DNA of 56,732 nucleotides from a virus (Duplodnaviria > Caudoviricetes), in the IMG/VR virus record IMGVR_UViG_3300037262_000027, positions 1 to 56,732 of that record; one strand, written 5' to 3'. Under the pieces are notes generated by a model. It was given only the letters and a program-made list of their open reading frames with translations, was not told where the DNA came from and searched no databases. The position numbers were made by a program, and so were the translations under genes. Below are positions 1 to 9,484 of this stretch, piece by piece (position 1 is the stretch's first letter; every line of letters starts with the position of its first letter).

Positions 1-2026
1 CTCATCGCTCACCGCACCGAGTGCTGGCACGAGCGAAGTGGTCGAAGTCTCCTCGGCTTCAGGCTTCCCCACCGAACCTGTCTTTCGACTGGACATGGGT
101 GGAGGCGAGCTCGGGAAGGTCACCGCAGTATCGGGAGTCAAATGGACCGTCGAACGGGGAGCCGAGGGCACGACGCCTGTCACGCACAATGCGGGGCAGC
201 TGGTCGAGTGCGTCCTGACGAAAGGGGCTCTCGAGGCCCTGCCGGTCTCAGAAGCGCAACTGCCGACTTCGGTGGTAAGGGGCAGTCACAAGATCGACGG
301 TGCGAGCAACGTGGCGATCGGCGCGGGGCTCACGGTGTTGACGAGCGGGAAAGAAAATACGGCGCTCGGCCAGGGCGCGTTGCAGAGCGTCACGAGCGCA
401 CAGGGGAACGTTGGCATCGGTACTGCCGCTGGCGGGCTCATCGGGACGGGTGGCGCGACGGGAGCAGCGAACTCCAACGCGAACACACTTATCGGGTGGC
501 TGGCGGGCGCCGATTTCGTGTCCGGCGAGCAGAATGTCGGTGTTGGCAATCAGGCGCTGGCGCATCTGGAATACGAAGGGGACGAAGGCGTCAGCACCTT
601 CGCGGCGAAGTTCAACACGGCGGTTGGGGGCGTAGCGATGGGGCTGGCGACCCACGCTTGGGGTAATAGCGCCGTGGGATACGGTGCGCTTGAACAGATC
701 ACGACGGGCTCTCAGAACTGTGCGATGGGTGAAGCGGCGTTGAGTCTCGGGAAAACCGTCTCGCGTAACGTCGCCATCGGCGAGTCGGCCCTCTTGGAAA
801 ACACCGGCAATGAATCCGTTGCGGTCGGCTACAACGCCGCGGTCCATCAGACCAGCGGCACGGGCAACACCGCTATCGGTGCCTCAGCGCTCGCCACGAA
901 CAAAACGGGCAAAGAAAACACCGCAGTCGGATTTGAAGCGCTGAAAAACACCACGGCCTCAAATAACACCGCCGTCGGCTACAGAGCACTCCGGGTTGCC
1001 ACCACGGGCGAATACAACACGGCTATCGGTGGTGGTGGCGTGATGGAAGCCCTCACGACCGGCGGCAATAACTTCGCCACGGGCATCGGCGCGATGGGTG
1101 TGTCTGTGAGCGCCCAGCACAACATTGCCATCGGTGTGTATACCCTCTCGAACGTCGGGTCCGCCGCAACCAGCACGAAACCCGAAGGCTGGTACAACAT
1201 CGCAATGGGGGACGAATCCCTCCGTGGCTTGACCAATGGCGGCGACAACGTAGCCATCGGCAACGGCGCGGGGATCTCGCTCAACGGCAAACGCAACCTC
1301 ATCCTCGGAACTGGTGCGATGGAACTCAGCACCGGCACTCCGAGCGAAAACGTTGCCATCGGCTACATCGCTCTCGGCAATAGTACGGTCAACAACCTCG
1401 TTGCCATAGGGGCGTATGCCCTCACCTCGAATACCACCGGCAAAGAAAACACGGCAGTCGGTTACGGCACGCTGAAAACCAACATAACCGGCGAAGCCTC
1501 AACGGCCATCGGCAACAAAGCCCTCGCGAACTCCACGGCGAGCTTCAACACGGCTATGGGCAACCTCGCCCTCGGCGCAGACACCACAGGGAAATTCAAC
1601 ACAGCGGTCGGCTACTTCGCCGCGCAGTTGGGAACGGAAGGTAGCGAAAACACCGCCCTCGGCACCGTGGCCTTGGAAGAAGTCACGACGGGCGGCAGGA
1701 ACACGGCAGTCGGCTTCGCGGCACTACGCAAAGCGGCAGTGGCAAGCAAAGAAAACACGGCGATTGGCTACGCGGCGGGAGAAGCTGCCAGCGGCTCAGG
1801 GAACGTCTGCATCGGCTTCAAGGCGGGCAAAGCTGCCGCCTCGAACGAACTCTACATCGCCAACAACGAAACGACGCCGTTGATACAGGGCACACTCAGC
1901 GGGACGCAGAAGCTCGGCTTCTACGGCGTGACGCCGGTCGCTAAGGCAGCGGCTCCCACCGGCACGGAAGCGGAAAAGCTCGCCGCCATCCTGACCGCCT
2001 GCAAAAACATCGGGATCACGGCATGA
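1..2026 (+). CDS. Fibre/adhesin with N-T-A-[VI]-G-x-x-A-L beta-roll repeats; 5' end wraps from 56689
   Basis: Dozens of ~14-aa NTAVGxxAL repeats; N-terminal anchor-like domain (VTAVSG..WTVERGAEGTT); frame open from base 2 and continuous with GTG 56689. Confidence 0.8.
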   Translation, partial: SSLTAPSAGTSEVVEVSSASGFPTEPVFRLDMGGGELGKVTAVSGVKWTVERGAEGTTPVTHNAGQLVECVLTKGALEALPVSEAQLPTSVVRGSHKIDGASNVAIGAGLTVLTSGKENTALGQGALQSVTSAQGNVGIGTAAGGLIGTGGATGAANSNANTLIGWLAGADFVSGEQNVGVGNQALAHLEYEGDEGVSTFAAKFNTAVGGVAMGLATHAWGNSAVGYGALEQITTGSQNCAMGEAALSLGKTVSRNVAIGESALLENTGNESVAVGYNAAVHQTSGTGNTAIGASALATNKTGKENTAVGFEALKNTTASNNTAVGYRALRVATTGEYNTAIGGGGVMEALTTGGNNFATGIGAMGVSVSAQHNIAIGVYTLSNVGSAATSTKPEGWYNIAMGDESLRGLTNGGDNVAIGNGAGISLNGKRNLILGTGAMELSTGTPSENVAIGYIALGNSTVNNLVAIGAYALTSNTTGKENTAVGYGTLKTNITGEASTAIGNKALANSTASFNTAMGNLALGADTTGKFNTAVGYFAAQLGTEGSENTALGTVALEEVTTGGRNTAVGFAALRKAAVASKENTAIGYAAGEAASGSGNVCIGFKAGKAAASNELYIANNETTPLIQGTLSGTQKLGFYGVTPVAKAAAPTGTEAEKLAAILTACKNIGITA

Positions 2027-2256
2027 GCAAGATCAGACTCGTCAAGGTTCTCGTCCAGCCGGTGTTCCTCATTGACCACGGAGATAGCATCGAGGAGGTC
2101 GAGCATCCCGCCGTGGCTATCCCCGCAAGCGAGTGGCCCACATACTCCTCAGAGCGCTTTCCCGCAGAGGTCGAGGCTTGGCAGGCGCAGCTCGACGCCG
2201 AGGCTCCGAAGCCGCCGAACCGCGAGATGCGGCGCGCGAAACCGCCGAAGTCGTGA
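2023..2256 (+). CDS. Hypothetical protein
   Basis: ATGA overlap with fibre stop; 77 aa, coding-like codon pattern. Confidence 0.65.
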   Translation: MSKIRLVKVLVQPVFLIDHGDSIEEVEHPAVAIPASEWPTYSSERFPAEVEAWQAQLDAEAPKPPNREMRRAKPPKS

Positions 2257-2281
2257 CTGCCACAACGTGTGAGAACCGGCA

Positions 2282-2476
2282 ATGACGACGACGATCGCCG
2301 TCGATGACGGCACCTACACAGCCCGACTCGGCGAAGCAGTCCTCGGCCGCATGGTGTTGGGCGCGGGCTCAGTCCCGTATCACGCACCAGGCCGAATCGC
2401 AATCGCGAACGACCGCCAAGCGTCCATCGCGATCACCGACAACCGCCAAGCACTCATCACGATCGAGAGCGAGTAG
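2282..2476 (+). CDS. Hypothetical protein, possible virion accessory
   Basis: 64 aa in same-strand gene run; C-terminal IAI-x-D-x-RQA repeat. Confidence 0.55.
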   Translation: MTTTIAVDDGTYTARLGEAVLGRMVLGAGSVPYHAPGRIAIANDRQASIAITDNRQALITIESE

Positions 2477-2478
2477 TC

Positions 2479-2766
2479 ATGGCCGGGTGGCACGTAGGCG
2501 ATGTCTGGGAACCCGAGGCCACGGTCACGAGCCCGGCATCCTCAGAACCCACGACACCAGTCGAACCCGGCAGTATCACGTTCACCTTCGAGTCGCCCAA
2601 GGGCGCCAAGACGGAAGGCACGGCAACCAAGGTGTCGAAAGGCGTCTGGAAGTCAAGCCAAGAACTCACCGAACCTGGATATGAGAAGGTCAGTGTCACG
2701 ACAGACTCGCCGTTCCAAGCCTCGCAGCCGGCGCAGATCCCAGTCCGCGCCACCTTCACCGAATAG
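2479..2766 (+). CDS. Small beta-rich virion accessory protein (fibre-adaptor-like)
   Basis: 95 aa beta-rich (ITFTFESPKG..KVSKGVWK); clustered with fibre gene. Confidence 0.5.
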   Translation: MAGWHVGDVWEPEATVTSPASSEPTTPVEPGSITFTFESPKGAKTEGTATKVSKGVWKSSQELTEPGYEKVSVTTDSPFQASQPAQIPVRATFTE

Positions 2767-3015
2767 CGCGCCGCGCATACTCCCAGCACCGCGCGTAACC
2801 GGACTGCTGGTCGTCCCCTCAACCGTCAAGCCACCCGAGATCGAGCTGGACGACTACTGCACCGAGCACCATCTGCAAGGCCATGTCTCAGAGCACGATC
2901 CACCGTATCTGCCACATCGCGTCACGATCCACTCAGAGCTTGGCTCTAAGCTGGCTGAGGCAGCAGGCTGGACACCGGAACTCGCAGCCACCGCGATGCT
3001 GAGGAGGCTTGGCCA

Positions 3016-3315
3016 ATGAGCGCGCTTCGCCGCAACGTCGTCTTCGCACTCTGGCGCCTGGCCGCCAAGATCGACACCGGTCACACACTCGTCATAGCCA
3101 GGACGCTCACCCGCGTACATGAGGCACGGCAGGCAGCCGAGCACGCCACGGTGCGGATCGAGATCAGCAGGGCACTCGCTCAGCGCCTCGACGGCTGGTC
3201 AGAACCCGTCCAGATATGCTTCGCTGAGACGAACGACGGCTGGGTCATGTATGTGCGCTCGGTCGAGCAGGTCGTGATCGCCGACACCATCGCGGCGAGA
3301 GCAGCGCGCCAGTGA
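3016..3315 (+). CDS. Hypothetical protein
   Basis: GAGGAGG RBS, ATG start, 99 aa. Confidence 0.55.
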   Translation: MSALRRNVVFALWRLAAKIDTGHTLVIARTLTRVHEARQAAEHATVRIEISRALAQRLDGWSEPVQICFAETNDGWVMYVRSVEQVVIADTIAARAARQ

Positions 3316-3318
3316 ATT

Positions 3319-3386
3319 GGGGGGGCCATCGCGCTCACGGCGATGGCATCAGCGACCGTCGCAGTCGCCGTTTTTTTCTCTCCCCG
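3319..3386. other. Candidate packaging (cos-like) site
   Basis: Non-coding G7, inverted repeat GCCATCGC/GCGATGGC, then T7-CTCTCCCC, directly before HNH-TerS-TerL. Confidence 0.4.
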
Positions 3387-3402
3387 CTTCGCGTAGCGCG
3401 CG

Positions 3403-3705
3403 ATGCGCAGGCACCCCGGACGTAGCGGCGCGGCGTGGCGGCGCGTTCGCGCGCTGGTGCTCAAAGACGCGACGGTCTGCGCGATCTGCGGCGGCGCGCT
3501 CCGGCGCGATGTCCACCCGCGCCATCCGAAGGCGCCGAGCGTCGATCACGTCGTGCCGCTCAAGGCGACCCGCGCGCTGGACGCGCAGTCGCAGCGGTCG
3601 ATGGCGCTCGACCCGGCGCTCCTCCGAGCGGTCCACTACGGCTGCAACAGCGCGCGCGGCGCCCGGAAGCCCAAGCGCGCGCGGGCGACTTCGAGGGAGT
3701 GGTGA
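3403..3705 (+). CDS. Packaging-associated HNH endonuclease (HK97 gp74-like)
   Basis: CAIC...VDHVVP...HYGCNSARG; immediately upstream of terminase. Confidence 0.85.
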   Translation: MRRHPGRSGAAWRRVRALVLKDATVCAICGGALRRDVHPRHPKAPSVDHVVPLKATRALDAQSQRSMALDPALLRAVHYGCNSARGARKPKRARATSREW

Positions 3706-4037
3706 TGCCAGCGGCGAAACGCGCAGCCAAACCCAAAGCGAAGCCGGCAGCGAAGCCGAAAGCGCCGGCCAAACGCAAGCGGGCAGCCAAACCGCCGACG
3801 AAACCCAGCGTGCTCGCCGCCGTCGAGAAGCTGATCGAGTCGATCGAGCTGGACGACTTCGGGCAGGCGCGCGCGGCCATCGCCCGGACGCTCGCCACGA
3901 AGTTCGACAAAGCGGCGGAGCCCGGCACCGCGAAGGAGCTGCGTGAGCTCATCGACGCTTTCCAGGAGGCCAGCGATGACTCCCAGGAGTTCGTCTCCGG
4001 TCTGTTCGCCCCGGTGGGCGACTCCGCGAGTACCTAG
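3705..4037 (+). CDS. terS: Terminase small subunit
   Basis: TGATG coupling; helical (AAIARTLATKFD..AKELRELID); position before TerL; Lys/Ala/Pro-rich N-terminus. Confidence 0.65.
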   Translation: MPAAKRAAKPKAKPAAKPKAPAKRKRAAKPPTKPSVLAAVEKLIESIELDDFGQARAAIARTLATKFDKAAEPGTAKELRELIDAFQEASDDSQEFVSGLFAPVGDSAST

Positions 4038-5523
4038 CCGACGGACGCTCGGCGCCGCGGCGGGCGAGGTCGCCCGCGAGCTCGGCACGCCGCTGATGCC
4101 CTGGCAGCAGCAGGTCGCCGACGTCGCGCTCGAGCTGGACCCGATCAGCGGCCGGTTCGTCTATCGCGAGGTCGGGCTGACGGTGCCGCGCCAGTCGGGC
4201 AAGACGACGCTGATCCTCTCGGTGGTGTTCGCCCGCGCCCTCGCCGAGCGCCGCCAGAACATCCGCTACACCGCGCAGACCGGCGCCGACGCCCGCAAGA
4301 AGCTGATCGACGACTGGCTGCCGGCGATCGAGCACACCTCATTCGACAAGCGGGGCCTGTTCCGCACGCGGCTGACGAACGGCCACGAGGCGCTGAGGTT
4401 CCGCAACGGCTCACACGTCGGGTTGGTCGCGACCACCAAGAAGGCGGGCCACGGCGGCACGCTCGACATGGTGCTCCTCGATGAGGCGTTCGCCCACCCG
4501 GATGCGAGGCTCGAGCAGGCCCTGCGGCCCGCGATGATCACCCGCACACACCCGGGCTCCCAGCTCTGGGTCGTGAGCACCGCCGGCACCCCCGAGGACA
4601 GCCCATACCTGTGGGACAAGGTCGAGAAGTACCGGCAGGTCGTCGAGGCCACGCTCACGCACTCGGTCTGCTACTTCGAGTGGTCGGCAGCCGACGAGCT
4701 CGACCCGGCCGACCCCGCGACGTGGGCGACGTGTATGCCGGCGCTCGGGCATACGCAGTCGGTCGAGGCGATCGAGAGCGAGTTCCAGGGCATGGCGCTC
4801 AACGAGTTCGAGCGCGCCTACCTGAACCGCTGGAAGAACGCCACCAGCGACCCAGTGATCCCACTCGCCGACTGGAACGCCCTGCGCGACCCGGACTCGA
4901 AGATGCTCGACCCGGTGTGCCTGGCGTTCGACGTCACCCCGGACGGCGCGTCGAGCTCGATCTGCGCGGCCGGGCACCGGGCGGATGGCCTGTTCCACGT
5001 CGAGGTCGTCCAGACCGGTGCGGGCACCGGCTGGCTCCCCGAGCGCCTGGCGGAGCTCGTCGAGACGCACAAGCCCGTCGCGCTGGTGTGCGACCCGGCG
5101 GGCACCGCCGGGGGCGTGCTGCCCAAGCTCTCAGAGCTGGACGTGACCACCACTTCCGCGCGCGAGCACGCGCAGGCGTGCAGCCTCCTGTTCGACACCG
5201 TGGCCCAAGAGGGCCTGAAGCATCTCGGCACCCCCGAGCTCGCCGTCGCCCTCGACGGCGCGGTCAAGCGCCCGCTGGTCGACTCATGGGCATGGTCGCG
5301 CCGAAGTTCAAGCATCGACATCTCGCCGCTGGTCGCGGTCACGCTCGCGCTCTGGGGCCTACAGACCCAGCGCCACGACATCCCCGAGGTCTACGACCTG
5401 GACGAGATCGTCGAGCGCCTGGAACGCGAGCGCGCGGGCGAGGAGTCCGAGGCTCAATCCGAGAAGCCCGCTCACCCGCCGGGGTTCATCCCGTTGGAGG
5501 ATATGCCGCGGGGAAGGTTCTAG
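3976..5523 (+). CDS. terL: Terminase large subunit
   Basis: AGGAGG RBS at 3964; LMPWQ, Walker A PRQSGKT, Walker B VLLDEA, STAG motif, nuclease AFDV and IDISP. Confidence 0.95.
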   Translation: MTPRSSSPVCSPRWATPRVPSRRTLGAAAGEVARELGTPLMPWQQQVADVALELDPISGRFVYREVGLTVPRQSGKTTLILSVVFARALAERRQNIRYTAQTGADARKKLIDDWLPAIEHTSFDKRGLFRTRLTNGHEALRFRNGSHVGLVATTKKAGHGGTLDMVLLDEAFAHPDARLEQALRPAMITRTHPGSQLWVVSTAGTPEDSPYLWDKVEKYRQVVEATLTHSVCYFEWSAADELDPADPATWATCMPALGHTQSVEAIESEFQGMALNEFERAYLNRWKNATSDPVIPLADWNALRDPDSKMLDPVCLAFDVTPDGASSSICAAGHRADGLFHVEVVQTGAGTGWLPERLAELVETHKPVALVCDPAGTAGGVLPKLSELDVTTTSAREHAQACSLLFDTVAQEGLKHLGTPELAVALDGAVKRPLVDSWAWSRRSSSIDISPLVAVTLALWGLQTQRHDIPEVYDLDEIVERLERERAGEESEAQSEKPAHPPGFIPLEDMPRGRF

Positions 5524-5863
5524 AGTGCCGTTCGATCGCGGCTTTCTGCTCGGCGGTCATCCCGTCAAATAGCTTGCGCCTGAACTCGTCGGCATCGATT
5601 GGCCCGGCGATCTCCTCGTCACTCGCGGCGATGTAGCCGCACCTGATCGCGTCGAACTCGGCAGCCATGAGCCAGTCCGGGTGATCGCGGAGCCACGCTC
5701 GCAGCCAGCCCTCGCGCATACCGTCGGTCGAGTCTTTGGGGGCGAAGAACTCGATCGGGCCGACACAGGGCACCTCCGTGATCCAGAGCGTGTAGACCAG
5801 CGTGTGCCCGTCGGGGTCATCTTCGCGAAGGTACCGGATGGGCCACGGGTCGGGGAAGTCCAT
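5486..5863 (-). CDS. Hypothetical protein inserted antisense between TerL and portal
   Basis: GGGAGG RBS before ATG 5863; globular composition; fills the + strand gap. Confidence 0.6.
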   Translation of the reverse strand: MDFPDPWPIRYLREDDPDGHTLVYTLWITEVPCVGPIEFFAPKDSTDGMREGWLRAWLRDHPDWLMAAEFDAIRCGYIAASDEEIAGPIDADEFRRKLFDGMTAEQKAAIERHSRTFPAAYPPTG

Positions 5864-5949
5864 CGCCCTCCCGTTCGCTAGCCCGCCCAGCAGCGCCGGG
5901 ACGCGCGGTCGCTCAGCCATCGCCCAAGCATACGACCGGGAGGCGCGCC

Positions 5950-6153
5950 GTGTTCACGAAAGAGAAGCGCAAGGTGCGGCTTCATCTCAAGGACGGCCCC
6001 ACGATCGAGGGCCTCTTGATAAAGCGCCGCCCGGTCTACGTCCTGTGGGCTCCCAAGGCGATCACCGAAACAAGCGGGGCGCCGACCGAGCTGGTGGGGC
6101 ATGTGGAGGTCCCCGTCGAGAACGTCGCGTTCTATCAGGTGCTGAGTCAGTGA
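5950..6153 (+). CDS. Small Sm/Hfq-like fold protein
   Basis: KVRLHLKDGPTIEGLL...GHVEVPVENVAFYQV matches Sm1/Sm2 pattern; GGGAGG RBS. Confidence 0.6.
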   Translation: MFTKEKRKVRLHLKDGPTIEGLLIKRRPVYVLWAPKAITETSGAPTELVGHVEVPVENVAFYQVLSQ

Positions 6154-7526
6154 TCCTCGCGACCACCCGCGGGGACAAGGCCCTAGAGACCCGCTCGAGC
6201 ATCGGCGGGTCCTGGCCGAACGGCTACGGCTACACCGACTTCTCAGCCATTCCGCCGCCGGGCCTCGGCGACATGCAGCGCGCCGGGGTGCTCGTCACCG
6301 AGCACACGCTCCTGCAGCTCGACGTCGTGTTCACCTCCCTGCGGCTCATCACCACCGCGATCCTGCGCACCGGAAACCTGCGGGCCTATGAAGAGAAGCT
6401 CGACAAGGACAACCTCCCGTATCGCAAGTACCTGAAGAAGCAGCCGGACCTCCTCACCAAGACGTTCCTCGGGGCCAACGGCAAGGTCTACCAGTACGAC
6501 GGCCGGCGCAAAACGCTGATGTCGATGGCCCTGTTCGGCGAGGCGTTCTGGTACATCCTCGCCCGCTCGAAACCCGAAGCCTACGCCCAGGCGATCGAGG
6601 TCCTGCACCCCGCCTTCATGGAAGTGAAGGTCGCCTCGCCCCAAGATGTCGCGGCCGGACGGGCGAGCAACGTCGGCGAATCGATGTACATCTACGGCGC
6701 GGCGAACGACAAGAAACTGCTCGACCCCGGCGACGTCGTTCACATCCCGTTCATGTCGATGCCGCAGTCGCGCCGCGGCCTCTCGACGGTTCAGTACGCG
6801 GGCATCTCCGGGGCCCTGGCCCTGGCGGCCTACGAGTTCGGCTCGACGTGGTTCAGCCAAGGCGCCTCGCCGTCGTTCCTGCTGACCACCGACCAGAAGC
6901 TCGGCACGGCCGAGGTCGAGCGCATCGCCGACAAGTTCACCATCGACCACGGCGGCCTTGAGAAGGCGCACCGCCCGCTGGTGCTGGACTCGGGCCTGAA
7001 GGCCGACAAGGTGATGGTCTCACCCGATGAAGCCCAGTTCCTGCAGACCCTCCAATACGCCCGCAGCGTCGTGGCGGCATGGTTCGGCACCGACGAGCTG
7101 ATCCCCGACGCCCTCCTGCGCCAGACCCCCGCGCCGGCCCACACCGCCCAAGAGAAAATGCAGCGCTTCACGACGCTCACCCTCTCCGGCTACACGACCC
7201 CGCTTGAGGAGGTCCACTCAGACCTGCTCCCCGGTGAAACAAAGGCGGCGGTCGAGGAGCACAAGCTGCTCACCCCGGACCCGCAGTTCCTCGCGCAGGA
7301 GATCGAAACGCTCCGCAACACGCAGGTCGCGACCGCCAACGAAATCCGCGTGCGCAAGCTCGGCTGGGCTCCCAGCTCAGACCCGGCCGCAGACGAGCTT
7401 GTCCTGCCGCTCGCCTCGAACGTCTCGCCCGAACAGACCGGCGGCGAAGGCAAGGCGAGCAAGCCGGACGAAGACGACGACGGCGACGAACCGCCGGAGA
7501 AGGGCGACCCGCTGGTGAAGCCATGA
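6150..7526 (+). CDS. Portal protein (HK97 family)
   Basis: VFTSLRLI, SMALFGEAFWYI, VVHIP, RGLS, WFSQGASPS, PLVLDSG, TANEIR motifs; GTG overlaps upstream stop. Confidence 0.95.
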   Translation: MILATTRGDKALETRSSIGGSWPNGYGYTDFSAIPPPGLGDMQRAGVLVTEHTLLQLDVVFTSLRLITTAILRTGNLRAYEEKLDKDNLPYRKYLKKQPDLLTKTFLGANGKVYQYDGRRKTLMSMALFGEAFWYILARSKPEAYAQAIEVLHPAFMEVKVASPQDVAAGRASNVGESMYIYGAANDKKLLDPGDVVHIPFMSMPQSRRGLSTVQYAGISGALALAAYEFGSTWFSQGASPSFLLTTDQKLGTAEVERIADKFTIDHGGLEKAHRPLVLDSGLKADKVMVSPDEAQFLQTLQYARSVVAAWFGTDELIPDALLRQTPAPAHTAQEKMQRFTTLTLSGYTTPLEEVHSDLLPGETKAAVEEHKLLTPDPQFLAQEIETLRNTQVATANEIRVRKLGWAPSSDPAADELVLPLASNVSPEQTGGEGKASKPDEDDDGDEPPEKGDPLVKP

Positions 7527-7972
7527 CCCTCCCCGCCTTCCGCTACCGAGACCGAGCCGAGGAGCGTAAGAAGCCCTCCGAGCTGGGGCCACCGTACATC
7601 TGGACGTTCGATATCGACGATACGGTCACGGCTGCCCCCCAGCGCTTCGTCCGCCTCGCCGAAGCCCTGAAGGCCCAAGGCGACCACATCGTCTGCGTGA
7701 CCGGGCACGGCCCCGTCGAAACCCGCGAACACCTGCTCGAAGCCCTCGGCTTTCCCTATGACGAGATCATCATCGTGGACCCCGGCGAGGACGGCTCCGG
7801 CAAGGCGAAGGCGCTCAAGCACCTCGGCGCGTTCATGCACTTCGACAACGAAGTGGCGTTCGGTCCGGAGATCATCAAGGTGTGCCCCGTCGCGTTTCAG
7901 TACGTGGACCCGCCGGGCGACTCTCACCCAAAGCACGATGCCAAAGCCGCCGCCAAGGCGCTGAAGAAATAG
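7523..7972 (+). CDS. HAD-superfamily phosphatase-like protein
   Basis: FDIDDTVT motif I, CVTG motif II, K motif III, HFDN motif IV. Confidence 0.65.
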   Translation: MTLPAFRYRDRAEERKKPSELGPPYIWTFDIDDTVTAAPQRFVRLAEALKAQGDHIVCVTGHGPVETREHLLEALGFPYDEIIIVDPGEDGSGKAKALKHLGAFMHFDNEVAFGPEIIKVCPVAFQYVDPPGDSHPKHDAKAAAKALKK

Positions 7973-7983
7973 GAGGTCCCGCC

Positions 7984-9378
7984 GTGGACACGTCCGAGGA
8001 GCGTCTGGCCGCAGTCGAGGCGGAGTGGCGCGCGAAGTACAGCACCGCCGATCGAGAGAAGCTGGCGAAAGAAGGCAAGGCCCTCAGCGATGGGTCCTAC
8101 CCGATCGTCGACAAGGAAGACCTGACGAACGCGGCCACGCTCGCGGCCTCCGGTCACGGCGACGTGGAAGCGGCCAAGGCCCTGATCCGAAAGCGCGCCA
8201 AGGAACTCGGCGTCGACGTGGAAAGCCTCCCCGGCTTCGGCAAGGAGTCGAAGGCGGCCGAGCAGTGGGACGCCGAGCACCGCAGCGGGCCGAGTCACAA
8301 CGACACGCGCCACGCCCTCGAAGCAGCGATCCGCGACCTGCCCGAGGCGGGCAAGCTGAGCGCCTACCTGCACGACTTCGACGACGACACCGCCATGTAC
8401 GAATCGGGTGGCAAGATGTTCCAGGTTCCGTACACGATGCAGGATGACGGGAGCGCCAAGCTCGGCGACCCGAAGGAGGTCCAGGCAAAGACCACCTATC
8501 ACCCGGTCGAAAGCAAGTCCGTCCGGCGCAAGGAACGCCGCCGCGCCGTCCCGCTCATGCCCGAGGTCCGCCACTGGGCGATCCAGCCGACCTCCGTCGA
8601 GATCCGCACCGGCAAGAGCACCGACGAAGCGGTCATCACCGGCTCACCGATCGTCTACAACGCCGACTACTCGGTGTTCGACATGTTCGGGGAGTTCACC
8701 GAGCGGATGGCCTCCGGCGTCTGCTCGGAGGTGCTGAAGCGCGGCGTGGACACCCGCTTCCTGTTCAACCATGACGGGCTCTCGCTCGCGCGCACGACCT
8801 CCGGGACGATGACCCTCCAGGACGGCGAGCGCTCGCTGGACTTCGAGGCGCACCTCGACATGCGCCAGCAGCTCTCGAACGACCTCGTCATCGCGATCGA
8901 ACGCAAGGACATCACGCAGATGTCCTGCGGCTTCATCGTCGCCCGCGACGAGTGGGACGAGGCGATGGAGGACCGCACGGTCCTGCAGTTCTCAGACCTG
9001 CTCGACGTCTCGGCCGTCACCTACCCAGCCTCACCGACCACGAGCATCCAGATCGCCCAGCGCATGGCGATGGAGATGCCCGTGGAGTCCCGCGCCCGCC
9101 TGCGCAACTTCATCGTCGCCGAGCGCGCCGGCAAGACGCTCTCCGGCGCCAACAGCGGCAAGGTCGTCTCCGCGATCGAAGCGCTGCACGCCCTCTATGA
9201 AGCGGGCGGCGGAGACCCGGCGGACCTGATCGACGGAGGCGAGTCCGACGAAACCGCCCTGTCGGCTGACGGCACCCGCTCGGAAGACGGCGAGCCGATC
9301 CGCTCCACCAAGGCTTCGACGCTGCGCCTTCAGTTGGAGGCGCGCTCCAAGAAACGTAAGCGGCTCAAGGCCGCCTAG
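7984..9378 (+). CDS. HK97-type prohead protease with long N-terminal extension
   Basis: AGGAGG RBS; FLFNHD..LART.SGT, MSCGF, LDVSAVTYPA; extra N-terminal domains (ALSDGSYPI...). Confidence 0.9.
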   Translation: MDTSEERLAAVEAEWRAKYSTADREKLAKEGKALSDGSYPIVDKEDLTNAATLAASGHGDVEAAKALIRKRAKELGVDVESLPGFGKESKAAEQWDAEHRSGPSHNDTRHALEAAIRDLPEAGKLSAYLHDFDDDTAMYESGGKMFQVPYTMQDDGSAKLGDPKEVQAKTTYHPVESKSVRRKERRRAVPLMPEVRHWAIQPTSVEIRTGKSTDEAVITGSPIVYNADYSVFDMFGEFTERMASGVCSEVLKRGVDTRFLFNHDGLSLARTTSGTMTLQDGERSLDFEAHLDMRQQLSNDLVIAIERKDITQMSCGFIVARDEWDEAMEDRTVLQFSDLLDVSAVTYPASPTTSIQIAQRMAMEMPVESRARLRNFIVAERAGKTLSGANSGKVVSAIEALHALYEAGGGDPADLIDGGESDETALSADGTRSEDGEPIRSTKASTLRLQLEARSKKRKRLKAA

Positions 9379-9484
9379 CGACACGCAGTACCGCCGCGCC
9401 GCCCGTCCGGGAATCGAGTACCGGGGCGCGCGTGGGTCAGGGACCCGTGGGTCATCACACACCCACAAGCAGAAAGGCAGGCAC

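Noticed and set aside
4611-5636. Long Arg/Pro-rich alternative-frame and antisense ORFs (also 43339..44277, 48899..49999 and others)
   Set aside because: Shadow ORFs of real genes in high-GC DNA, with no motifs or RBS
5802-6149. Extended portal N-terminus from the ORF track
   Set aside because: Overlaps two better-supported genes; GTG 6150 gives a normal portal
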